64,000 nt of DNA from Felis catus (taxonomy: Eukaryota): positions 14,820,001 through 14,884,000 of the forward strand of contig NC_058369.1 of NCBI RefSeq assembly GCF_018350175.1, read 5' to 3'. A program made the position numbers and the translations under genes. The notes beneath the pieces are model-generated. The model worked only from the letters and a program-made list of their open reading frames with translations. It searched no databases and was not told where the DNA came from. This document shows positions 14,768-26,700 of the stretch, piece after piece; within the stretch, counting starts at the first letter, position 1; each line of letters opens with the position of its first letter.

Positions 14768-17700
14768 AAGTAAGTAAATAAACAAGCAAGCAGTACTGTC
14801 ACATCGTTCAAAATTCAAATTACATAAAGCAGTAGATATTCTGTCATGTATCCTTCCAGAGATTTTTTTTTTTTTAGTAAATGTTTATTTTTGAGACAGC
14901 AAGTGTGAATGGGGGAGGGAGAGGTAGGGGGACAGGGGATCTGAAGCAGGCTCTGCGCTCACAGCAGAGAACCCGATGTGGGGCTCGAACCCGTGAATCA
15001 TGAGATCATGACCTGAGCCGAAGTTGGCCGCTTAACCAACTGACCCACCCAGATGCCCTACTTCCAGACACATTTTAGGCAAATCCCATATACATTTAGT
15101 TTTCTTTTTCTCACACAAATGGTAACCCACCATATATACTACTCTGTGGTTGCTTTAGAAGTAAAGCTTTCTTGCTAAACTATGCTATCCATGAAAGAAA
15201 CAACAAATATTTATTGACCCCACCTACCATTTGTCCTTGCCTGGAAGAATGATTGAAACACTGTTACTTACGTCAAAATATGCTATCTACTTTAAGAGTT
15301 AAATGTATCTTGATCTAACAAAGGATCTGGGAGCACAGGAAAGGGAGGAGGGGAGTGACTGTGCCAAAATCGCAGAGCACTTCCCAAAGGAGATAGTATT
15401 TGTACAAGGCTTCGCTAGGGAGGGGGCTGTGGGTGGTGGTGGGGCCTGTCCGGCTGTGGGGGGAGAGCTGAGGTGGAGATGGATGGAGTCTGTGTCACGG
15501 AGCGTCTCCAAGAGTGTCGGCTGCATAGACTTCAAGCCCAGGCCAAAGGCGAAAAGGCCAGAGCCCAGAAGTGGTGGTGGGAATGTTGGCAAGCTAGAAC
15601 TGAGCAGTGCTTTAGAAGTTCAGCAGGCAGTTGTGGGGTCCGCAGGACGTGTGCCGTGGCAACAGCAAGCAGAGTGGGTGCCGAGGGCTCTAGCCACAGT
15701 GACCGAAGGCGGTTCCTTGTACGTCTGAGGTGGAGAAATAGCGGCCTGGGGAAAGTTGGTGAAACACACGGTGTGTGCGCTAGTTTTGAGCTTTAGAACC
15801 TGTGGGGATAGATCTCCAAGGCAGATTTACCCAGGAGTCTGTATTTCTAGCCTCCTGTATGCCAGAAAGGACTCGAAGCTGACACACCTGCAGTGCAAGG
15901 AGATGAAAATAGACAAGGACGGTCCAGGCCGCAGGAGCACAAGACAAGAGTAATAAGCTGTTAGGGCACAGGCTGCGGAGCTGGCTGCTATGGAGTCTGA
16001 GTCCTGGCTGTGTGTCGCTGTGAAAGTTACACTTGTCTCTGCCTCATTCGTCACGTCTCTGGAGCAGAGATAACACTGCCGCCTAGTGCCTAAGAGGAGG
16101 TGAAATGAGGTGACACATGGAAAGGGCTTAGGAACTGACTGGCAGCTTGTGAGTTGCTCAGTCCGTGGGAGCTGGCAGTATTTTTAGGAGGTGAGTTGGA
16201 AAGTTTGCACACAGTGTCAACTGTACTTCAATTAAAAAAAAAAAAAGAAATTTAGGGGTGCCTGGGTGGCTCAGTCAGTTAAGCATCTGACTCTTGATCT
16301 TGGCTCAGGTCATGATCTCACAGTTTGTGAGATCGAGCCCCACGTTGGGCTCCACGCTAACAGTGCAGAGCCTGCTTCAAATTCTCTCTCTCCTTCTCTT
16401 TCTCTGTCCGTCCCCCCACTCCTCTCAAAATAAATAAATAAACATTAAAAAAAAAGAAAGTGGAAAGTAGCACACAAACGTCACACCCTAAGGTCTTGTA
16501 CAAGTATAAAATGGGGACTAAATCTTCATTTCCACACTGCCTGTTGCCCAAGTGTGGAGGGAAGCCTGGCTGTTTGAGTGGGAGTGGCTACTGATGGGAG
16601 CTCAGTACAATTCACCTCCAGGCTCTTCCTTACTCCCTTTGTCTCCTGTCTTTCTTGTTCTTCTCTTAAAAAATGTGTGACAGTGCATATTGAAGTATCT
16701 TAGATTCGAGGGGAATCATCCCACAGTCACTTCACGTTCCCCCTTTTACTAATCACCTGGCTTCCTCAGCTAAAGTATTTACAACTGATGACAAAGGGGT
16801 CCTTGCCTTAATCCATAGAAGAGCTTTTAGGTCAGAATACTCAAGAAAGGACAGACACACCCTGGTGGTGAATGGATACAGGAAGGTGCATGAGCAGCTC
16901 CCCCAGGAAGAAGATAGTGGCCTAGAAACCTTGCTAAAAGAAATGCAAAATTAAGCACAAAGCTACCGTTTGATCTTACAGCTAGTAAATATTAAGATAT
17001 GCAGAGAAGGGTGATTACTGACACTTGTGATGAAGTTTAAGTTCAGCCTTTGGGGAGGTGGTCTAGTAATACACAGCCTTAATTTTTTTGCATATGCTTC
17101 GAGTTTGCACTTTTTAGAAATTAGCCTAAAGAAATAATCCAGTAGGGAGGCGCCTGGGTGACTCAGTTGGTTAAGCATCTGGCTTCTGCTCAGGTCACGA
17201 TCTCACGGTTCATGAGTTCGAGCCCCATGCCAGGCTCTGTGCTGACAGCTCAGAGCCTGGAACCTGCTTCGGATTCTGTGTCTCCCTCTCTCTCTGCTCC
17301 TCCCCTGCTCACACTCTCTCTCTCTCTCTTTCTCTCTCTCTCAAATATAAATAAATGTTAAAAAATAATTTTTAAAAAAGAAAGAATCTAGGTATGAGAA
17401 TATAATGCATATGATAGTGAAAAATTCAAATCAGCCAAAGTATTCAGTGATGGGCTAAATTGTGGTGCATACTTAAGATGAACTCAAGCCCGCCCAATGA
17501 AAAATGATGTGATAAAAGAATATGTGGAAAAGTGTTTGTGATACATCAAGTATGTGTGTGTGCGTGCATGTATGCCTGACGTATTACAAACATTTTCCAC
17601 ATACTTCTATATCATACCATTTATATATGTACGTACATTTTTTAGGTGATACACATGTTAATATATATCACATATACCTGTTATATGCAATATTATACAT

Positions 17701-20700
17701 GTTAACATATTTATAGTGATATAAATATGTATACGTACATATATACATGCACATTTGGAAAGTTAGAGTAAGCAGACTCTGCTCTAACTTGATAGGGATT
17801 ACATGCTGTGTACACAGGAATTATGTGTGCAACCCACAGGACTTCCAATTCTCTCTGCCACTTTCCATCAAGCGACTCCTCTGAAACTCTGATGGCCTAT
17901 GACAATGTATCACTACCTGGTGACTGCCCAGCCCCTCCCCAACTGGCTGAGGGGTACCCATCTTTATAGCTATTTACCTTCCAATGTATAAAGGACTAGA
18001 GTCAGTTGGTCAGACAGCAGGTAAGCTAGGGACCTGTTTCTGGAGTCCTCATACGGAAAGAGCGATCAATCAGCTTTGAGATCCTGGGGGGTCAGAGGAA
18101 ATGTTCAGTGTTAAGCGAAAGGGGTGGAATGCACTGAAACCCCAATTGGGATACTTGTATGAATTTCGTGTAATGTTTCTCTTTAGACCTGTTCTTAAAT
18201 GGGGTAACTGGGTGGCTCAGTCAGGTAAGCGTCCGACTTTGGCTCAGGTCATGATCTCACTGCTCACGGGTTCGAGCCCCACGTCGGGCTCTGTGCTGAC
18301 AGCTCAGAGCCTGGAGCCTGCTTTGGATTCTGTGTCTCCCTCTCTCTCTGTCCTTCTCCCTCTTGTACTGTCTCTCTTTGTCTCTCAAAAAATGAGTAAA
18401 TGTTATAAATAAATAAATACATAAATAAATAAATAATATTAACTGCTTGTTTGCTTTGGACTGGATTAGCACATAAGCAAAAAAAAAAGTTAAAAGTTCT
18501 TATTTAAGACTTTTTAACCTTTTGCAATTTGCACATACTAGTGATTTGCAAATCCTTAGTGGAGTATACAATTATGAAAGCAATCTTTCTTTGCGGGGAT
18601 CATCCCGACAGAGGGATATGCTCTGCGAGGACCTGGCTCATGCCACCGAGCAACTGAACAAGCTCACCGAGGCCTCGAAGAAGCACTCAGAGCTGCTGCA
18701 GTCTGCCCAGGAGGAGATGGCCAAGAAGGAGGCCCTGATCCAAGAACTTCAGCACGAGGTGAGGTCCAGTGCCGCGGCTCATTCTCTCTGTATACAGCAA
18801 GGTGGGCCAACAGGGCACTTAGGTGGTCAGGCTGCGCTGCGGGCTCTGAACAACTTGGTGGCTCACGTGTGTTCCGACTTGCTCGGCTGCCTCTCTGCCC
18901 ACCCTCGGCCCCCTGGCAACGTGCCAGCAAGTTCTAACCTCTGGGGCAAGGTTATGGCTGACTTGTATCCTCCTCTTGGCTGCTGTTTTACATTTTATTT
19001 TCCTCAAACGACCCTTTGATTACCAGCGAAGCTTTAAAAAGTTGTTTTTAGGAGCACCCGGGTGGCTCTGTCAGTTAAGCGTCCGACTCTTGATTTTGGT
19101 TCGGGTCATGATCTCACGAGTGTTAGATTGAGCTCCGCATCGGATTCCGTGCTGAGTGTGGAGCCTGCTTCAGATTCTCCCTCTCCCTCTCTCTCTGCCC
19201 TTCCTCCGCTCATGCTGTCTTTTCCTCTCAAAATAAGTAAACATTAAAAATGTTTTTTTTTAAATTTTTTTTCAACATTTTTATTTATTTTTGGGACAGA
19301 GAGAGACAGAGCATGAACGGGGGAGGGGTAGAGAGAGAGGGAGACACAGAATCGGAAACAGGCTCCAGGCTCCGAGCCATCAGCCCAGAGCCTGACACGG
19401 GGCTCGAACTCACGGACCGCAAGATCGTGACCTGGCTGAAGTCGGACGCTTAACCGACTGCGCCACCCAGGCGCCCCCATTAAAAATGTTTTTTAAAAAA
19501 AGTGTAAATAAGTCTGTGGGAGAGAGGGAGAGAGGGAGAGGGGAGGGTTGTAGCAGCAACCAGCGTTTACGGACGTGAACGGCAGCCGCAGGGTCGACAG
19601 CTACGGACTGTGAGCATTGCTGTGGTTTGGGTTGGTTTTAACACCTTACTGCTTTTCAAGCAGTATTTAATGAAAGCCTGAGAAAATAATGTGAAAAGTC
19701 TGTATCCTCACACCTTGGGAAATTTGTCTGTTCTAACCGGGCCATGTGCCCAGTTCTAACTTGCCACCTTCATCTGTTCGATTTTCTCAGCTAAACCAGA
19801 AGAAAGAGGAAGTAGAACAGAAAAAGAATGAATATAACTTCAAAATGAGACAGCTCGAACACGTAATGGATTCTGCTGCCGAGCATCCCCAGGTACCTGT
19901 GCTCTGGGGACATGGAACGGTTTCGTGAGGGATTGCAAGTGTGGACATTACTAAGACTGTAGCTTTGTGTTTTTATAGAAAGAGATTTTTGCCAGTACCT
20001 TTTCTGCTCTTTACTTGATAAAAAGGTACTGGTGTTTTATTTGTTTCACCTGCACAGGAATTAGAATGACAGGCTGAATAGCTAAGTGTTTTCATTTGAA
20101 ATGAAATCTTTATAAAATATCACTTAATCAGGTGTTTGGATGGAATTTAATTTTATTTTAGAGCCCTAGAACACCACCTCACTTTCAAACACACTTGGCA
20201 AAACTCCTAGAAACCCAAGAACAAGAGATAGAAGACGGAAGAGCGTCTAAGGTTTCTTTGCAACACCTTGTCACAAAGCTAAACGAAGACCGAGAAGTCA
20301 AAAATGCTGAAATCCTCAGAATGAAGGTAACTGGATCATCTTTTTCAAAAAAAATCTTTTAAAATAAACAGTATCCAAAATCAACGAAAGAAACAGTATC
20401 TTTCATGGTTACTGAGGGTACAGAATTCAACAGGCACAGAACTAAATAAAGGGCAGGCAGAAAAGCCTTCCTCTCCCCGCCGACTGCAGACTACCTGGCT
20501 GACGGTCCCTGGAGGCTCTCACAGTAGCCCCATTTCCATATAACCAAGTCTGCAGCCGTCATCTCCCTGTTTCTACGATGGTGTCAAACACAGGCTGTGC
20601 CAGCTGCTCTGATCACAGTGCTGCCTGACTTACATCCTTGCCAGTTTCATAGCTAAATACGCTGTCTTGCTACAGTTATAAATTTGTATTTTTCTCATTA

Positions 20701-23700
20701 AGAATAAGATGGAGGGGCACCTGGGTGGCTCAGTTGGTTGAGCGTCCGACTTCAGCTCAGGTCATGATCTCACAGTCCGTGAGTTCAAGCCGCACGTCGG
20801 GCTCTGTGCTCACAGCTGGGAGCCTGGAGCCTGCTTTGGACTCTGCGTCTCTCTCTCTCTCTGACCCTCCCCTGTTCATGCTCTGTCTCTCTCTGTCTCA
20901 AAAATAAATAAACATTAAAAAAAACTTAAAAAGAAAAAAGAGTAAGACGGAGCACGTTTTGTTTCTCTGACCTATATCCTTCGTCCGTCTTGCTATCATT
21001 GGACTTTCCCTTAACAATTTGTAGGCATTCTCTGTATATTCTAGAGATTCACTTTTGTCTCAGGTAGTTAATAATCTTCTCTTGTTTGCCATTCCTTTAA
21101 ACTTCTGTTTTACTTTTTTTTTACTCAGGGACTTGGGGTTATGGTGATTGTGCACAGGGAGAGTGTGTTTCGAGGAGTATCGAGTAGAGGGAGGTGTGTG
21201 GTGTGGAGGTGTGGACGGGTGTGGGTGGAGTAGATAGGATGCTTCACAGATCACATTTAGGCTGTGAGGCCTTGGCGCTGGAGCGAGGTTTTGTTCAGGA
21301 ACAGAATTAGCTTCCTGTAACCAAGTGATGTGAAGTATGCAAAGACAGTCTCTCAAGCTTCGTTCCTCGTGGAGGGGATCACTCCTTGCCTTTTTAATTA
21401 GGGCAGCTCTCAATCTGCTGAGGAATGTGGCTGTTACCCAGATTGGCATGCTTTTAGTACTCAGAGGAAATTGGGTCAGCTTAAAAGAAATCGGACAATG
21501 GACAAGGAGAAGTAAATGGAAAAGGACACCCCTTGCAGACAAGCATTTATTTCTTCTGGATGGTTATGCCCGTGATTTTCAAATTAGAGCTCACTTGGGG
21601 ATTTTGAGTGATGGCTGTGGCACATCAGTTGCACACTGTGTACAACATGGTTCCATCCATTATGCTGTGCTCACCGCAAGTGTAGTTACCACCTGTCACC
21701 ATGCAACGTTTTTACAGTATTACTGACTCTATTCCCTATATCAGTTTTGTTTTTAATTAGAATTTATTAAATAGAATCAAATAGAGCGTTTATCAAAGTA
21801 TGGACTTTTGGCCGTCATTTTTCATAAAGGCATTTTAATGAATTGTGTGCTATTGATAAGAGACTATGTTTAACACCCAGTGGGTATGAAAATCCCCAAA
21901 AGCTTGTCGTGGTCTACTTGTTATCCAGTGACACCCAGTGCAGTGTTCTTTGCATAGGAAGGGGCTAAAAAGATGAATATGTGTCTCATTTGCGGCCTTG
22001 GGGAGCCAAATAACACCTACTACAATGTGTCTTCTAAAAAGACACGATTTGCTGTCTTCTTAGGAGCAGTTGTGTGAAATGGAAAACCTCCGCCTGGAAG
22101 CTGAGCAGCTAAGAGAAAGGAACTGGCTCCTGCAAAGTCAGCTGGATGATCTTGAAAGGGAACAGCACAAGAGGTGAGAAAGAGCCACCAGAACTCTGTG
22201 GGCTAAATCTTGGCCTGCCCGTGTACAGTTAGTTAGAAAGCGGTTGAAATTGGTTTCACGGCATGCGCAGCGTTCACCCCCAGTCCAGGGGGTGCTCTGT
22301 CGGTTGCTTTGGAGTCAGGTCTGATGAGGGGGTCGCTTTTTTGAGTGGGAGAATAGGCCTTCATGGTATCACCTACTCTGTTAACCTTCGCATTGTTGTA
22401 GAGCTATTGAAAGGAATTTGAAACCTGTGAAAAATTTGAACCAAACTGTCTACTTCTATTTTAAGAAAAGGGGGTTGGGGTGGGGAAGCAACAGAGAAGG
22501 TTCAAGAGGGCCAGCAGAAAAAGGGAGGATTTCCTACCAGTTTCTTTGGCTCCATGACTCATGGTCCAGGGAATGCTCCTGCGCAGGAAGGAGCTTTACT
22601 GAGGAGCGTTCCCTTGGGTTTGGGTACCTCTGTGCAGGTGGTTTGCCTTTAGCCGAGGCGCTTTCTAGTTGTATTTGCTAGTGACAGGGCAGTATGTCCC
22701 AGGCAGCTAGGCTTTGTCCTGTCGCTGACACTTGAAAGTCCTGTGACTTTGGGCACAGTTTTTGACTTCTAGTGACTTAGTTTCCTTAGCCATCAAATGA
22801 GGAAAATGATAGCTCTCTCACAAGGTGTTTTAAACACCAAAAATAACATGTATAAAGTGCCGGTTACAGTGGTTGGCAGAAGGGAGTCAGCCAATAAATG
22901 GCAGATATTAGGTATACAAGGCGGAATTAGGATCCTGCCCTTCTGTGAACGTTTCCGAGTGAGGGCTTAGAGATGAGGGTGACCAGGAAAATCGTATAGC
23001 AGGTTGAAGTGAAGCAGAGAGAGGTCTCCATTTGGGATGAAGGCCCTTACTGAATTCAGCTTCCCAGATTAGGGGTGCCTGCTGTTCCTGCTGCTGCCAG
23101 CAGGTCTCGGGCAGACACTCTCCCCTCCTGCAGTTCCCCTTCCCTGCCCGGAAGTGGGCCTGAGATGCTCTGTCCGCAACCTAACGAAGACAACAGATAC
23201 TGGAAGACGGTAGTGGTGGCTGTGCTGACAGTCCTTTCCTAAATGCTTCAGGTTTCAGTGAGCGTCGGACATGCTCATTTTAGTAGCGCCCCTCCCGGGG
23301 ATTTCACTTCCCTTTCCAGGTGATTCCAATGCAGGTCGTCCGCAGCCTGGCCACGTGCTCCCCACCAACCCCCCCCCCCCCGCCCCCAATAAAGAAGAAC
23401 ATTGTACTTGGTACATTGTCTTTTATCAAGAGCTAGTTTGAGCATGGAAGATAGAATGTTCCTAGCCCATTTATAAAATCACAGGTAAAAAAATACTTTA
23501 TTTCGGGGCGCCTGGGTGGCTCAGTCGGTTAAGCCTCAACTTCGGCTCAGGTCACAATCTCGCAGTTTGTGAGTTTGAGCCCCACGTCGGGCTCTGTGCT
23601 AACAGCTCAGAGCCTGGAGCCTGCTTCAGATTCTGTGTCTCCTCCTATTTCTGCCCCTCACATGCTCATGCTCTGTCTCTCTCTGTCTCTCAAATAAATA

Positions 23701-26700
23701 AATGTTAAAAAAAATTAAAAAAAAAAAAAAACACCTTTATTTCATAGCCACATGTCCCTTATGAGGAGCCATACAGAACCTCCTTCCTGAAAGATTAGAG
23801 TGGGAGAAAACTGTGACTCTGGGGTCGGATCCAGCCCACAGCGCGTTTGGTAAAGACAGTTTTATTGGATCCCAGTCACGCTGTTTCATTTCAATACTGC
23901 TGTGGCTCCTTTTGCATTACAGCAGCCACGTGGAATAGTTGTGTCAGAGACCCCACAGCTCCCAAAGCCTAGAACATTTTGTCTGGCCCCGGACAGGAAA
24001 AAGTTTACTGTTAGAGTAGAGCATAGAAAACACTTCCCTAATGCTTCCGGGCGTTTTCCTCACTGAGGTCTTATTACCATTTCTGTCTAGGCTGCCAGAT
24101 TCATTAAATGAAAGAAACTACTGGAGCTTCTGCTTTCTTTCAAGAAACGATCTTTTCCTCATCAGTGAGAAATATTTCTAGAGGAGCCTGTGGCATTCAG
24201 GCAGCTTCTCCTTGGGGGATGTCCCCCTGGTCCAGGAGCTGCCCGCAGACACTCAATTTATGATCCTGCCCTGGTCAGGCTTACAGGGAATGAACTCACA
24301 TTAGTCAAATTCACATGATACTGATGCATCGTCCAGAATGTCATTTTCTTTATATAGAGGAGCATTCCTTTTCCGTCCAGAGATTTATGTCTGGTGCTCA
24401 GGGAATCCCCTTCCTGGTGTCAGCATACATGGGACGCCAGAGTGTCATCAGAAAATTGCCAGCTGACCATGAAATCCAAGCAGATGGAGTGTTGGGGCTC
24501 CATGTGCCAGGCCGGCCCAAGGTACCCTCCCCATACCCAGAGATGCCCCCTCCCAGCTGATCACCAGGCTTCTGGGCCACCCATCTCTCAGCCCCTTTTG
24601 CTCACATTTGAGCCTCATAAGATACCATTCTGGGCTAAATTTCTACTTGACTTTCAGCCAAGCCTTGATTAGATTCCCTGCTCTGTTCACCTCATTTTTT
24701 ATGAGGGGCATCCTGAATTCATGGGAGGTGCCTGATTTCATCCCCATATATCAGTCACATTGTGAACTGTGCTAACTTGGCCTAATCACCAGAGTTAGCT
24801 TTTTGTTGCAGAATTTGGCATTGCTGCATACAATAGATATGACATTGCTACTCGAATATGCTTAACAGTGTTTCCCCTTCCTCCCTTTCTCATCTATGCA
24901 GCCAACAGAATAATCCAGGTCATCAACAACTGAAGAATGAACAAGAAGAAATGATCAAAGAAAGACTTGCTAAGGTACAATTTTTTTTTTTTTTTTTTTA
25001 CGTAATAGTTGTTTTTCTTGTCCAAGAAATGCTTTTATACTTAGGATTTGTGGTTATATGTTTTTTAGAAACCATTTTTACTTTTGCAACTTGTTTTTTC
25101 TGTATTCCCACTGTTCAGATTGATACTTACCATCAGTTTTTAGACATCACTGATAATCGAGAGCGAATTTGTCTTCATGCGTTTCCACAGTTAGTCTGCT
25201 GCTCGGTTGTCTGCACACAGTTTTGCATTTAGAATAGAAGGAAGTTTTGGGCATCTTTGTGAGGCCTCCCAGGGCACAGTTCATGAAGTCTTAGAGACAT
25301 GTACTCCCTTTATGGGTGCGCAGTTGGGATATTAGAAAAAGGTGTTGGTTTAATTTCATTATCATGAGGGACATGGACTGCTTACTTTCAGTCTTTTTCT
25401 TGGCAACAGTAAAAACTTAAGCCATCTTTTTTTTTTTTTTTATCTTATTACAGAATAAATTAGTTGAAGAGATGCTGAAAATGAAAGCAGAGTAAGTGCA
25501 CTTGTTCATAATTGAAGTTCTTGTTGGTCTTCTCTTTCTTCTCTCAGGGAGGAAATACTTCCTGTATCCACAAGGTAGGTGACTTCTTGCCTTCTGCAGT
25601 AGTATGTGGACACGACACAGCAGGTGTTTTCCTAAACACCACTGGCTCATGGGGCTCCTCACGTGAAGCCATTCCAAACAAATTCTTAAGGAAGTAAGTG
25701 TCACGAAAGGCTTAGTTTCTCTTGAGTAGTTGATGAATCTTCTCCTCGTGGATGGTGAGAACAGTATAACTGACCCGGTTACTCTTTCACGCCATCTGGT
25801 TTCCTCTGATTTAAAACCTTGAGGCCCGGGGCGCCTGGGTGGCTCAGTTGGTTAAGCTACCGACTTGGGCTCAGGTCATGATCTCACAGTCCCTGAGTTC
25901 GAGCCCCGCACTAGGCTCTGTGGTGACAGCTCGGAGCCTGGAGCCTGTTTCAGATTCTGTGTCTCCCTCTCTGACCCTCGCCCGTTCATGCTCTGTCTCT
26001 TTCTCTGTCTCAAAAATAAATAAACATTAAAAAAAAATTTTTTTTTTTAATAAATAAATAAATAAATGTCCGACTTCAGGTCATGATCTCGTGGTTCGTG
26101 GGTTTGAGCCCCACGTTGGGCTCTGTGCTGACAGCTCAGAGCCTGGAGCCTGCTTTGGATTCTGTGTCTCCCTCTCTCTCTGCCCCTCCCCTACTCTCTC
26201 TCACTTGCTCGCTCTCGAAAATGAATAAACATTAAAAAAAATTATTTTTTAAATTAAAAAATAAAACCTTGAGGCCCCCTGAGACCCACAGATCAATACT
26301 CTTGATTTCTTCTTGTCTTGACTTTGGGTCTCTTTACATGTGTTCTGTAAACAGGAATTTTAGTTTATTCATACAGTTTTCATATTTATGTAATCTTATA
26401 AACTGCCTCATTCTTTTTTTTTTTCTTAGTTATTTTGTCGGGGGAGAGTGCAAGCAAGGGAGGGGCAGAGAGAGGGGGACAGAGGATCCAAAGTGGACTC
26501 TGCACTGACAGGCTGACAGCAGTGAGCCTGATGTGGGGCTTGAACTCACAAACTACAAGATCATGACCTGAGCTGAGTCGGACGCTCAACCGACTGAGCC
26601 ACCCAGGGGCCCCATAAATTGCTTCATGTTTTTGATGAACAAGATATACTGTATTTTCTGTCAAGTTCAAAATAAGTATACTGGTTGGTATTAAATAAAA

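Noticed and set aside
15299..15796. Intronic ORFs up to 141 aa
   Set aside because: No homology recognised, and the KIF15 frame is complete without them
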